From positions 3,782,001-3,846,000 of the forward strand of contig CP075492.1 of NCBI GenBank assembly GCA_021613535.1: a stretch of DNA of 64,000 bases, in the 5' to 3' direction. Shown here piece after piece: positions 27,252-41,976 of the stretch. The notes beneath the pieces are model-generated. The model searched no databases, was not told the origin of the DNA, and worked only from the letters and a program-made list of their open reading frames with translations. Within the stretch, counting starts at the first letter, position 1; every line of letters starts with the position of its first letter. Origin of the DNA: Adineta vaga. Its lineage: Eukaryota; Animalia; Rotifera. Position numbers and translations under genes: made by a program.

Positions 27252-29248
27252 TATGTATTTTTGAAATTTATCACCAATATAAACTAAAGAATTCTTTTTA
27301 TATTAATATTTATATTAAAAAACAAGCATTACCTTTTGCTTAATATATATATATATAAAAGATATGTATATATTTTAAACTGAAATTAAAATAAGAATAT
27401 TCATCCGGTATAAATACACGATAGAAAATACTGTCGCGTCGTTTGTTTTTCACTTAAACTTTTCGTTGTCAATTTCGTAGTTTTATAATTACAGACTCGT
27501 TCGTATAAACATATCTTCATCATTATGTACCAGTTTATTCTTTTATTTAGGTCATCATGTATCGATACCGTAAATATATGTCAATCGATAACATCAATTT
27601 TTACCTTTTTCAATTCCGAATTTTTTTCTCAAATTTTATTTGTATTTCGTAGATTTATGAATGTAAAAAAACAGCAATATTATGTATCAAAATTATTAGT
27701 ATAAGTGATCTCTATTGAACTGTAAAATCAATTTAATTCCATGCGCCATAACTCAAAGGCTTAATAAAACAAATATTTCATTTTTTAGATAATATCTATT
27801 TTAATATTTGTTAATTAAAGTTTTTTTTTTCTCAACAGAAGGATACGACTATAAATAATGAAATGGCAACTCTATATGGACCTTACCTTCGCAATTACTA
27901 TCTCGAGTAACGAGATGATAGTATCACCTATTTTTAATAACACGTATTTCATTGAAACATTAATCAAACAAGAAACATATTAAAGTTAATAAAACATTTC
28001 TCTTTGCCTACATTATCGATATTTTTCAGGTCGATTGTATCTTTTATTTATTTAAAAGTAGAGTAAACTATAAAATCGGTCAGTACATATGGATTCGATA
28101 AATGTCATTAGTGATGTAAGTTCATGTTTTTAGAGGAGACAATAAAAATTCTAAACTGATAGTAAAGATAAGTTTTCGTCTATCAAAATTTATACGTTAT
28201 CAATTTCTTTCTTTTTTCTCTTCAGTAGGAATATGATTCAAATTAATATCAATGCTTTTTACATTCAACATTCGTTAATGACGAAAAAAAGATCTATTTT
28301 CTTTCTATATCTCTGTGCGAGGATTATGGGTCAAAAAACGTCTTATATGCTAACTGTTTAAGTAATAATCAGAGGTCTTACTATATCGCGAAGTTAACAC
28401 TAGGTCCTCATATATATGTACTACAGATGAGTTAGGTTGGAAATAATGTCTCCTAGTCGAATTTTATCAAAGACACAATAGTCTAATGATCAATCTTCAT
28501 AGTTATATTTTGATTATGAAATAAATATCGCCAAACTACAAGTGAAATTCATTTAACACGATTAGAGATTCAAAGAAAGCTTGCGAAATATCTTTTCAAT
28601 TGCCTAGCAGGCCTTAGAAAAATTATGAAAGTCTAATAGTACATTTTGAGGGTAAAGATGTGGAGTGAGATAGTTTGACACAATTGAACTTCAATACCTA
28701 TATACTGCCTATTCGGTTACGATGGTGTACTGAACAGAATGAATCTACAATAAATGACATTTTTAGAAAATCAATTAATTTATTTTAATATCTTTTTTTT
28801 ATAATCCGATAAGTTAATTCCTTGTAAAACTTTTTCTTGTAGATTAAATGATGTCAATATATCTTTGAATTTTCATCCGATGGTTTTTCTTTTGTAATAA
28901 ATAACTAATTTTAAACCCAAGGCTCGAGGCAGTTTAATCCCTTTGATTGTCATAATTTTAAAATTATTTGCATTTTTCTAACCTATATTGTAAAAGACTA
29001 ATAAATGATAGATTTACGTTTGTACAATGCAAATATGGTATCATATGGTTTCTTATATATCTCGATATTGTATTTAAATCATGGACAAAGTTCGCAATTC
29101 TTCAATTAAGAATAAATATTAAAAAACGATTCAATTAAGCATTGTTAATATCGTTGATTTAACCTCAAGATGCTTTTCCGATAGATATATGACGAAGAAT
29201 GAAGAATTATTAACTTTCATTAGAAAAAGATATCAAAGTCAATATAAC

Positions 29249-30282
29249 ATGTCTTCATCGTTGATTGCAAACCTAAACTTTATTTCTCAACAAATTACTC
29301 TTTATTCGGGTTTTATCATCTTGATTCTTGGTGTTAGTGGTGGATGTTTAACTATACTCGTTTTTCTTAGCCTTCAAACATTTCGACAAAGTTCATGTGC
29401 ATGTCATTTGCTCATTATGTCTATTTTTAATATTGGTCAATTACTTGGTGGTGTTTTTATTCGAATTCTAGAATTTAGTCCTGATATTGATTGGACATCA
29501 GTTTCGCCTTTTTATTGTTCATGGCGACAATTCTTCGTTCAAACATGTATATCAATCTCATTCACAAGTTTTTGTTTTGCAACAATCGATCAATATTGGG
29601 CAACATGTTCTCGTCCTAAATGGCGACAATGGTGTAATATTAAATTAGCACTCCGATTGAATCTAATATCAATCATCATATGTTTATTACATTCTGCTCC
29701 ATACATTTTCCTTTCTGATCTTCTGCATATACCAAATACTAAGCGAATCTCATGTATTGTTATAAATAATATTTATCGACAATATCGTGATTATGTTCTA
29801 ATACCTGTAGTGAATAGAGTTATACCATTAACAATTATATTTACCTTCGGCTTATTGGCTCATTATAATCTTCAACAGATTGCATATCGAACAATTCCCA
29901 TTGTTCGAAGAGAATTGGACAAACAATTAACAACGATGGTTTTAGTACAAGCTGTTTTCACTTGTTTGACAATTACACCATATTTTATCGTCTATTCGAT
30001 CATTTCATATACTAATATCACCAACGACCCAACTAGTGCAGCAATATTAAGTGTCTTAAACGGATTAATGACAATGTTATATTTTCTCTATTTTGCCGTA
30101 AGTCAATTATAATTGCAAATCATATTTTAATTTCAAATTTTTTATAGAGCCCGTTTTACATCTACTTGTGTGTATCAGAACGATTTCGTCGACAATTTCT
30201 CCATGTCATCAATCGTATTTATAGAAATCAATGCACACGAACAAGAATAGCTGAAAATCGAGTTATGCCAGAAAATTACTGA
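29249..30282 (+). CDS. Rhodopsin-like orphan GPCR, two exons
   Basis: TIDQY, RRELDKQLTTMV, SPFYIY; intron 30098-30147. Confidence 0.85.
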
Positions 30283-30663
30283 TTTCTTTTCAATAAAATT
30301 CTCTTCTAATAGCTTGAAAAAGAAAAAGAAAATCGAATAAAAAAAGATAGGATAATCCCTGCCATAAAAAGTTGGAAGAAGAGTGATTGTCAAGATGTTG
30401 TTTAAGAAATCTACCATAGTTTCATACACGTTGATTCATTTCGTGGTTTGGCCATTATCAAGCGAAAAAAACAATTTGAGGAGGAAAATATGATTGCGCG
30501 CTATGTTCAGATAAAAGTCAGATATATTTTCCACATGTTCAAGTGTATGAAAAGATCGATTGATAAAAACCGACTCTACAAAATATTTATTTTATTCAAA
30601 AACAAAAGTGAAATGAATGTAAATCTATCTATCTATGTATTTATGCTTGAGTAATATATAAAA

Positions 30664-33600
30664 TCAAATTTTCTTCTCTATAACCATCCGTTTGTTGCAT
30701 TTTTCTAAAATATAAATCAAATAGAAGAGAATATTTGAACATCTGATAGTTACAAATCAATTCTGAATCAATTCGACATTGTTTTGGCATTTCAACATCA
30801 TCACCACCAATTTTTTTGATTCCATTCATTAAATATTCCATATATTCAAACATATTTCCTTGCTAGTAGAAAAAAAAAGGATATTATCATTTCAGAATAT
30901 AAGAATTGCTTTAAAAAAACCTGATTTTGTATTGTTTGAATTTGATTTTCGAGAACTTTGATTTTATTTAGAACGATTTCTTGTGGTGAATGTCTACAGA
31001 AAGAAATTTTTCATTCGTTTTTCCTAAATAAAGAAAATCTTTTCCTTACAATCTTTGTTCATTCAAATCATTTTGACGATCAACTGGTTTTCTTTCCGTT
31101 TTTAATGTAAGATAATAAGCTTCATTACCTAAAGCATCTTCAATGCCTTCGATTCTTTTCGTTAACATTTCATCAACAGCAATTTCTATTTAAAAAGAAA
31201 ACACAAATCCCTCATCAGCAAAGTATCTTTCATTTTTCAAATCATTCTACTAAATTTTCCTTGATTTTGATGTTGAATATATTTCTCTTGAAACCATTTA
31301 ACTTGAAACATATGTGAAAGAAAATAGATTGTCAATTGATAAATATGTGAGAAGATTACTAATGGTGGAGGAAGACACGGACGAGTTAAATAATAAGATA
31401 CTAATGAATAATGTTGAAATTTCCATATACAATCTGTATCCATATGTAAACGATCAAAAGTATTACTTAGAAGAGATTAAAAAGAAAAGCAGAATTGAAA
31501 TAAAATTAATTTCATTGAAATATGAATACCTGAACATTGCGATAAGAAGATTAATTAAAAGAACACTTGCAACAGTCATATAGGCAATTAGAAGAATAAA
31601 AACCACATAACCACCAATTTCGTAGTTTTCTAGAAGATTAAAAATAAAATGATTTTAATTTATCAAAACAATTGATTTACTTTCAATTTCATCGAGAATT
31701 TCTAATTCACCAAAGATTTGCCAATAAGCTAAGTTTATAATTGAACGTGGAATATGCCATGAAAATTTTTGTACACCATACATTAAACTATAGGTTGGAA
31801 CACCAAATGCTAAGATAAATACAGTTAACATCACCATATAAAACTTCATATCATGAACCTTGATTAGAAAATATATGATAGAAACGACGAAAATGTTCAT
31901 TTCTGAACTTACCATTTCTCCAATCATAACAAGCTTTGGTCCCAGACGTTTAATTGCTGAAAACATATCCAATGTTCGTATATACCAAATAGATAAATCA
32001 ATCGCTAGAAGAATTCTTGCCGCACAAAAACATGGACTAATTGGTAAAAATCGAAGTACAAAAGCAGCAATGAATAAAACGAGTGCTAAAACATCTAATT
32101 TATTCCAAAAAACTGCGATATATTCGGATAATTTTCCATACATTGATTGAACTTCCATTGTAAATATCTAATCAATTGAATCTCAGATTTACATAACAAA
32201 AAGAAATTATCTGACTTATTTACTTGCCGAATTTCTTCACATAATAATGTAAATACCCAAAAAACAAGAACCATTTCAGTTATTGATGGTTGTGTATGAT
32301 ATTGAAGACCATATTCTAATGAAGGATCTTTTGTTGTTGTTTCATTAGAAATTGATCGTTTTTGAACATTAGCAATTGATATTCGACTATCACTTTGTTC
32401 TTCAACACTTGGAAGACATTTACCCGTTACAAAATCGTACAATGGAAAGAAATCGCATAAGATTACATATGAAAATAACATTAAAAAGGCCATATGAAAA
32501 TACTAAAATGCATGCACTCAAAATTCGTTCATTCTATTTCGATAAACTTACGACATTGTAAATATATTTTACACATGGAGCATGAAGAAACATTAGAACA
32601 TTTTTCAAATATTGATTCACAACAGATTTCATTCTACAGTTCATCGTTACGACAATTTTATTTTTGGAAAATTCCTGTACCTTTTCCATGAAGTTTTATT
32701 ATCAATCATAACAGAAAGTTCTTCTTCTTCGAAATTATCATCCATTAATTTCAAACATGCTGGATCTATTGATCTAAAAGAAGAAATATGTTCAATTGAA
32801 CTTTCATTTCTATCTCTGACTTTTCCGACCCAGATCTTGATTGCGATGAATGTTGTTGAAAAAGACTCCATCCTTCATCATTATTCTACAAAAAAAACAA
32901 CAACTTCGCATTCCATTCAATCGAAGAACACTTACATAGTTTTTAGTAGCACTATCGCTTCCTTCAACTAATTCTTTATGATAAGGAAGAAATCCACTAT
33001 AGAATAGGAGAATACTTGTAATAACAATCGCTCGATTTCCAACTCGATGATCAATGTAACCATACCTAAATCGAGAAGTAACAAAACAAACTGATCGGAT
33101 ATGTTGATACATTCATTACCAAATATCACTAAGAACATCTTGAACTGCTTTTTCTGCAATGAATAATTTCGCTTCAGCTATAACAGCTAAATGTAACCAA
33201 GTAACATTTCCATATTGTGGAATTTGTCGAATAATTGCTTGAGTACATTCAAATGGATTACTTAAATAGAATTTTTCAAGAATTTCAACGGCTAAATTTT
33301 GAAATTCATTCGCCCATTCAATATATTTATCATCTTTTTCCTTTCGTGTTTTACTCTTATAGAGTAATGTTGCAATTAGAGCAGCACCTTCATCATACAA
33401 AACAGATTTTTTTAACATTCATTCAATTTATACTCATTTATACTTACAAACTTTATTTTTTCCTCGTGCCCAAAACAACAATGCTAATTCTTGTTTACCA
33501 GTAACAATTGACCAAAGAAAAAGTTCTTTTTCTGCATCTAAATCACTTGTAAAAGACGATGAATCATCGTAATCAAAAATTGCATCAACTTCAAAAAATT

Positions 33601-35627
33601 CTCCAATTAATGGTTGAATTATTTCATGATAAATCGATCGTAATGGATTATTAAAATCATCCGTTAATCGATAATTCTAACAGAAAACAAACCCCGAATA
33701 AAATCAACTATCAAAAATGAAAATCTTATTTTACCTACTTCACTTTTGTAAAGAGTTAATAATCGATTGTTATCTTGAAATAAATCATCCAATGAAAAGT
33801 CATGATCAAGATATAGTTGAATAAAACTCGCTTGATTTTGTAGAAGAGCTTTGAGAAATAAATTATTTAAATCGATTGTCTAAGAAAGAAAAAGAAATGA
33901 AAGAATATTCGTTAGTAAATTTCTTCTTACTTTCCAATCTCGTTCATCTTTCATAATGAAATTTTTAACAATATCAATTCGTTTCCATTCAAATGCTAAT
34001 TGTAATTGTTCGCGTTTGTATTCTTTTGTCATGTTCGATGAATGATTTTCTGATGTAACTAAAACGAGAATGAAATCGATTTAACAACAAAAAAGAAACT
34101 GAAATATTTGAAATTCTACCATTGAGAAGTGCTTGAAGAATCGCTAAATCTAAATCTGGTTCAATGTGATTATGTACTTTTAAATCAATAAAATTTAAAT
34201 AAGTTCTTTTTGTTTCGATACATTCATAAATTAATTGAAAATAATCAATTCCATCATTTCCATCGGATATTTCCGTTGTAGAACTTGTGGTTAATTTCAT
34301 ATCGATCGGATGTAATTTTTCTCGAAGTTTTGTTTTAATTTGTTCAGTTTTGACATTCGTCGCCGAAGCATCATCATCAGATGATGTTACATTCGAATGA
34401 GATTCATTATATAAATGATAACATTTGGAAAATAAATCACAACAACCACCTGTACCTTCCAAGAAAACAACAGGAATTTGATTTTTCATCACTGTTTCAT
34501 GAACTATTTTAAAGGAGAAACCGATCGAAATGTATAACATCAAGAGTGACTCGACAAACCTTTCTTAATCGTATCATATCCACCTTCAATAACAACGAGA
34601 ACGACAGGTATATTATCTAAATACAACTATGATGTTTACTCCCCGTTCTCTTCGTCGAATAGAATATGCAAACCTAATTGTTTTGATTTATTATTTGTTG
34701 TACTTTGTAATAAACATGATTCTCCTGAAATTGATTTTTCAAAAAATGTACGAAATTCAACTTCACCACCATATTGATGTTTCGTTCCATCATCAATAAA
34801 TATAAATTGTGTATGATTTCGTTCTAATGGACTTTCATTAGTTTCATCATTTTTCGGCTTATTATAAATAACATTTGTTCCATGAACATCCAATTGTTCA
34901 ACACCAGAAATACAACCCCATGGTGCAATTCCCTTTGAATTCAATGTCAATATATCATCAAGAAATATATACAACTTACAATTAAATGAATAGGTCGTGA
35001 TGGATCAGGATTTGTTCGATTGATTTCTCCAAGAAGTTTAGTTACACTTGTACTTGTACCATTAGTTAATATCCAAACATCTGAAGAAAACAAAAACCAA
35101 CAGTGTTCTCATTTGAATTGTAATAGTATAGTTTACCAGTGGTTTTTGCTATTTTAAGAAGACCTTGACGAAAGATTCGAAATAATTTCGATTTCATACT
35201 GTATTCTCTTGCACTACCAGTTACAGATATGACCAATGCTGGTCGCTATTATACATAATTATCGTTTTATGAAAATGAAAAAATAAAGTTTAGTTTACTT
35301 GATGTTCATGTCGTCGAAAAAATAATTCTTTTACTTGTGTAGGAGGTGCATTAGGTGATACTCGAATAAAATTTGCACGATTAGAATAATTTTTACGAAC
35401 TATATCAAATCCATGTTTATTTATTTACATCAAATTTCAACACTTACAAGTTATTGTTCCATGTGATTTAACTCCAAGTGTTGCAAATAACTAAATAAAC
35501 ATAAACAATTTAATTATGAAGTAACAAATGAGAACATATTTACAAAATTGCTTGATGAACGTTGGAATTCATGTGAAGGTGATGACAATGTGATGTTCAA
35601 AGATTCATCGGTCATTTGTTTCTTCAT
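30664..35627 (-). CDS. TRPM-family cation channel, paralog 1 (multi-exon, no C-terminal enzyme domain)
   Basis: SLOG/MHR motifs GIAPWG and HTQFIFIDDG; FWNKLD; LGPKLVMIGEM; YWQIFGE pore; NLLIAMF; WKFQ TRP box; PPPLVI; short coiled-coil end. Confidence 0.92.
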
Positions 35628-36807
35628 ATATGAAAAGAAAAGTTTTTTTTTCTTGTATGAAGTGGCGATGAGTACGAATAAATTAACTAGAAAATGAAAA
35701 AAAAAAACCTAATAAATACTATGTAAACATTCATCCTGTTTCTTCTATTAAAAAACGAATATGTAACGCCTGCTGCATGTGTATTAGTTTACCTTTCTTC
35801 ATCTAGATATATGTAAATGAGACGAAGCGTATCATCAAAAAGTAGATATTTTCAAATAATTTCGTGTTTTTAAACATAAGCTAATTATTTATTGATTTAA
35901 AACGTCGTATTATAGATCAGCTTATTTTCACGCACTTTCAACAACGAAACTTTCGATTCAGTTCGATCTCGTTTTCACTATTATTTCAAGATTAAAATCT
36001 GATATACTGAAGAATTTGATCAATTCTATAGCGAAATGTGAATATTGAGGAAATACATACATTCATTCTTGTTTTATCATCTAAATACAAAAATTTGACT
36101 TCAAAATTAAAATAAAATTCAGGCTTTTTCATAATATATTTTTGAACAGATGTTGTCAAATGGCATAGTTTTAATAAGGATGTACATGTGCAAATCTATT
36201 CATATATATTCGAACAAATAATTATACTAATATAATATTGTTGTACATAATTCGATGATGATCGTAGATAGCGATTTATCCGATCAGATTTTTTTCCTCT
36301 TAGAACCACTTTTTCAAGGTAAATACTGTTGTATATTCTTCTTTATTTAAATATATTTATATAATCTATGGCGATTTTAATGAAAATTTTCAAGTATAAA
36401 AGTCGTTTTTCACTATGTTATCACCGTTGAGGATCCTTTTCTAGTGATTCACGACTTTGATAGTAATAAGTAATCTAATATTGATCTTGCTTATAACTGG
36501 AAAAATGTTTATTTTATGATATATCACTATCATGATAATAGTTATAGGAAAAATGAAAAACTCGTTGATTATTACTAATTCCAATAATGATAATTATCAA
36601 GATATAATTATATGTAGTAATTATTACCAAATTCTATGCATTAATGTTTTCTTATGTCAACATGAAAGATCGAAGGTGTGTTTTCATAATTGAATTATAT
36701 TGTTTAAATAATCGAAAGATATAATTAATAAAACTACAATATATTTAGATCATACTCGCATACACATCCTCTAAAATATATTATTGAAAAGCAATCTCGG
36801 ATATAAA

Positions 36808-38960
36808 TCACATGTTTTGTATGATTGAAAATAAGAACCAAAACATGTGAAAGTACAGGACATATGTTAATGTTATTTTTTTACTGTTATTCGATGATTC
36901 CTTATTGTTATTCAATGATTGATTACCATATTTTTGTAACCATTTAAGTTCTTCCCGCACTTTTATTTTTCCATGCCAAGGATCATTATCTAATGAATGT
37001 CCTTCCTTTGGAAAAATAATTAATTTAACTGGAATGTCAAGATAATGTAAAGCTCGTTCTAATATGTAACTTTGACTTGTAGGAACTCGAATATCATTTT
37101 CACCAGTAACGATATATGTAGGTGTACGTACTTTATCTAAATGATAAATAGGTGATTCACTTTGGTAAATATGTGGTACTTCCCATGGATATCCTCCGAA
37201 TAGATAGCACAATAATACCGGTAAATCCATCACACCCCATGCTGATGTATGATCAACTGCACCAGAACCAGACAGAGCAACATTAAAACGTGTAGTCTGT
37301 GTAATTAACCAATTTGTTAAAAATCCACCATAACTATAACCACCAATAGCAAGTCTATGTCGATCAACAATTCCATCTTTGATTAATTGATCTACTCCAT
37401 AAAGAATATCTTTTCCTGGTAGAGATAAAGGTTTATAACGAATTTCATTAAGAAATTGATCACCATAACCTGTTGATCCTCGATAATTAACTTCTAATAC
37501 TAACCAACCTTCTAAAGCTGCTAATTTAGCCCATCGATACCAAGATAAATTCAAGTCATTTAAACTAGCCGAATATGGACCACCATGAATAAGAACTAAA
37601 AGAGGAAGATTTTTCGATTGAAATTTATCAGGTGGATAATGTAATATTCCTTCAATCATTCGATGATCATCTTGATTTATCCAATTATAAACTTTTATTT
37701 CAGGTAAAATTCTTTTAGTAAATAAATTATTTTCATCTGTTAATGTTTGTGCTGATTTTAATTGATTAATATTATTAATTAAATACACTTCCATAGGTTT
37801 ATCAAATGATGAATAAACAAATGCAATTAATCTATCATTATTACTTGATGTTACGATTGATTCATATGTTCCATTCCATCCATTGTGATGAATTAAATCT
37901 TCTTTTGATGATTTTTGTGTATAAATTTGTACTTCTGTTCCTAATTGTCCAAGTAGAAGAACATCAGAATCATGCATTATTGCATATCCATTGATATTGC
38001 CATGAAAATTTCCTCCTAAACGTGTAATTTGTCCATTTCTAATGTCTAATGAACAGAGACGAAATTGTGTATCATTAAATTTCCCTTTATTCGAACTAAG
38101 ACTTAAAAGTCGAAATAGAATATGATAACCATCGTTTGACACTTGTAGATCGAATTCCAATGCTTCATTATTTGTTAACCTCGATAATAAGGATGTATTC
38201 TGAAGATCAATTGAATAGAGTTCAAAATCGTCTATATGTTCTATACGTGAAGATACCGATGGAGGATGAGTTTATTTCCTAATGGAACATGTAACAATTG
38301 ATTAATAAGAAAGGAAACATTTCGAATCGTATGCTTTTCCATAGGTAATGAATAGTTGTTTGAATTCAAATCAAGACGATAAATTGTACTACCTTGATGA
38401 GCTACATCGTTTCGATATTGAGTAACATCTTTCCATTCATCTTTAGACAAATTCTTTTCAGCGATTGATCGTGAATTCATTACAGCTAAATAAAGTGATG
38501 AATCATTATTAGACCATGTAAAAGATAAAGCAATCTGTTTTCCAATTGAAATTGGTAAAAGTTCATCCGATACGAGAGAATATAAATAAATATATTGTTC
38601 TAATTTCTCTTGATTTTGAGAATTCTCAGTTATATTTTCTAATGAATGATTTTTTGGTATCAATGCAATGAAGTCACCGCTTGGCGACCATTTTGGTTTG
38701 ATTGATGTATGAAGATTTGTTGTAATTAATGTTTTCGTTTGATTTTGTATATCATAAAGCCATAGAGTATTTTCATAAGAATTCGTATTCCACGATGGAT
38801 GTTTAACTTGAATAAGTAAATGACGACCAGTTGGAGAAAATTGTAACAATGGAAATGTAGTGTAATCAAAATATTCGTCGAAGGTTAATTTGGATTTATT
38901 TTCAATTGAAAAACATGAAAATAAGTATAAAAACAAGAGTAAATATAATTGTTTTAACAT
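36808..38960 (-). CDS. S9 family (DPP5/acylaminoacyl-peptidase-like) serine peptidase with signal peptide and hydrophobic C-tail; one frameshift near 38260
   Basis: IHGGP, NYRGSTGYG, GYSYGG nucleophile, GENDIRVP, EGHSL triad; no introns evident. The frame switches from KLILH.. to SVSSRIEHIDDFEL. Confidence 0.85.
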
Positions 38961-39707
38961 TACTACTAGATCGTAAATGATTTCTATTAGATAAGCTTGA
39001 AAGTGTAATTCTATTTTGTTTTGTTGACTGAAGAAAAAAAATAACCTTTTAATCGCGAAAATGTCGAATTCTCAACGAAGTAAATGAGATAAAATTTTGA
39101 TTTCGTGTATTTCATCGACATTTATCAAACAATTTATATTTTGGCATGTTGAAAACGTGATAAATGTAAATTGATTTTCATCCTTTTTTCTAACTTGAAT
39201 ATTTCTCTCACATTCTAATTAGAACGATAGTATTAAATTTCATGACATCTTGAGGGTGTGGGTGAGTGTTAAGAGTATAGCCTCATGCCCATCAACCCAC
39301 ACATGTAGGTCGTTGTTTGTGGATATGTTAGCGAATAGTAGTAACTACAATGATCACAATAGTAATCTGTTGCAAACCACTTTATTCCAGCTGTAAGTAC
39401 TGTCTTATCAATTTGAAAAGATAAGATGAGTAAATATTCATTTATTTTACGTTTGGATACATAAAATAGGGCGACAGATTATAGTCCTTTAGGCAGGACA
39501 TTAAAAAAAGTGCCCTGTGACGGTATCTGATCCAAGAGAAAAACTATTTTCATTTATTTCTTCTTTGGATAAATAAAAGAATTGATCGTATGTAAATATT
39601 TTTATGCTAACAAAATATTTTATTAATGAAACATATATCCTTATATATAAGAAACGATATTTCGATTACGAAAGTTTGTTTTTTATAACATAATTGTTTA
39701 TTTTCGT

Positions 39708-40151
39708 TTATAAACAAATATTTCCAAATTGAGGATATGCTGTTGAACATTGCATATTAAGACAACAATCTTCTTTCTTTTTACAAGGTTGTGCATGTCC
39801 ACTACAAGGACATATGAATACACTTCCACTTGATGTCGCTGGTTGAATACAACATTCAGATGGTGATAACGCTGTTTCATTACTTAATCGACAACATGTT
39901 TTCGAATACATTCCACATATTTGTCCAGGACAACAAATATCAGTTGAGTTATTGCATGATTCAAGTGGTCGTCGACATGGTCTTTCCATACATTTTTCAT
40001 TACAACAAATTCCACTACAACATTCTGTTGAAGATTTACAAGCGGATTTATTTCGTAAACAACTAGCTTTTAACTTAAGAAGTTCATTGGGTAGACATTT
40101 GACAATAACAATAGATGATAAAACAATCAAACCAAGAATAAATAATTTCAT
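39708..40151 (-). CDS. Secreted Cys-rich protein with tandem knottin (ICK)-like modules
   Basis: Signal peptide followed by C-C-CC-C-C spacing repeated about four times. Confidence 0.75.
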   Translation of the reverse strand: MKLFILGLIVLSSIVIVKCLPNELLKLKASCLRNKSACKSSTECCSGICCNEKCMERPCRRPLESCNNSTDICCPGQICGMYSKTCCRLSNETALSPSECCIQPATSSGSVFICPCSGHAQPCKKKEDCCLNMQCSTAYPQFGNICL

Positions 40152-40368
40152 TATTTTTAAACGGTTTTAGTCTAATATATATATAAATGAAAATTACCTT
40201 TAAAGATATATGTGTGTACTGTTGTATATCGATTATTTTCATTTGTCTTATATAGTTTTATTAGAAAAAGATATGACGAATATTCTTTATTATTTTAAAG
40301 AGAATACAACAACGTATTTTTATCGTGACAATCGCATTAAGCGCACATACAAATGAGTAAACAATTAA

Positions 40369-40417
40369 TGACGTCAGTGCATATTGCGTTTTTTCTATGA
40401 TTTATAATTTGACGTCA
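40369..40417. promoter_or_regulatory. Two full CRE/ATF palindromes (TGACGTCA) upstream of the knottin-like gene
   Basis: TGACGTCA at 40369-40376 and 40410-40417; TATA-like TATATAAG on the minus strand near 40250. Confidence 0.45.
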
Positions 40418-41339
40418 ATATTTTATGATTGTGTATAATATTCAATTTTCAATTCAAAATAGTAGAACAACTCAGATGTAAATAATCATAAAAAATAATG
40501 ATTCCATAGACAAATTCAATCAAACGTTTGTTTTGATCGATAAGTTTTTATCTTCTTCTCGAAGCCATTGGAATAGTTTTATCAATATTGTTCATATCTG
40601 AATCGGTTATAGAAGCGATTCGAAGATTGGATGAATAAGACAGAATTGTTGATAGAAACATTTCGTTTGTAGTATGAAGACTTTTGCAGAGCGAAATCTA
40701 ATACATCGTTGTAGATCATCGAATGAAAATAAAATTCATTCAACACTAAATCGGCCCACACAATACGATGGAGAATTTTCACAAAAAATGTTTAGAAGAA
40801 AATAGGAAATGAAATGGTATCTCTACGCCATGTTTGTTTACTATTCATATTTTATTTGTTATATTTAATAATCTATGAAATTTGACCAATATAAAAGCAA
40901 TGCGTATTTATCATTAAGAGACGCGAATATAAACTATATTAATACGATGACTATGAGTTGTGACAAAAGTGCGAATCATTCATTCGATATTAGATTTAAA
41001 AGTTCCACTTTGAAAAAAATTCTCAAAACTATAAAAGATCATTTTATATCTTTTTATATTCTGTCTGATATTGTAAATGAAACTACAGTTTATGTTCTTA
41101 TAGTTTTCTCGTATTCATTCGTTCAATGCAAATATATATTTGATGAAAGAGAAAAAAGCAAACATACATACAACCTATCAAAACGGTCAAGATATTTCCA
41201 AACGGATAAAAGCCCAAATAATACATTCTGCATGATCAATTCAAGTATTGATATAGTCACTACTTTCTGCCCAATGAATTGATGCTAACATGTTTTGGTT
41301 ATTTGGATTTTTATCACATGTATGATTGTTCGAATTTAG

Positions 41340-41500
41340 CAATCGATTACAAGAATATGGGTTTGTTATATTCGAAAATAGGAGATGAGTCGATCGAAAG
41401 CTGATGAAAACCTCAAGAAAGCACTGAAGATTGAAGTGAAGTTCATCCAGAATATTGAACTATCACTTGCTCCCAATCGTCACATGAATATCTTTCTATG
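41340..41500 (+). pseudogene. TPR remnant
   Basis: YKNMGLLYSKIG...ENLKKALKIE with a frame break. Confidence 0.4.
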
Positions 41501-41976
41501 ACGTTGTTAGTATATAGTCCTTACACTTACATGCATTGTCTCACAAAATAGAAGCACTTCATACATCTGCTTATGGAATCTTTATCAAGATTAAACTAAA
41601 AAATACTCAAATTTCTTTGATTGGTTTACATTGCAGAGTCAATAACATTTTCAAAAGTTTCTGTCTAAATGATGACTCACTTGATTTATTGCTTCGTCCT
41701 TCTTTATTTCCATTAAACATAATTTGTACTTCGTCGAACCTCTTCCTTTTTTTAATTTCACTATACGATGAGTTTTTAAATCCAATACTATAGATTGGAT
41801 AGTTTTATAAAGGAAAACATCCGTTGATATTTAACGGATGACGACATATAATAACTAGATTCAAATTGTATCTTATTTTAATGGAATGTAGATATATACA
41901 TAAGGATTTGGCATCATACAATTATAAAAAGGCATTACAAATCGTTTGTATCATATCTGTTTTCGAACAGTATAAA

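Noticed and set aside
41818-41858. Helitron 3' end (hairpin CATCCGTTGA-TAT-TTAACGGATG then CTAG)
   Set aside because: CTAG is followed by A rather than T, and I found no 5' end or second copy.
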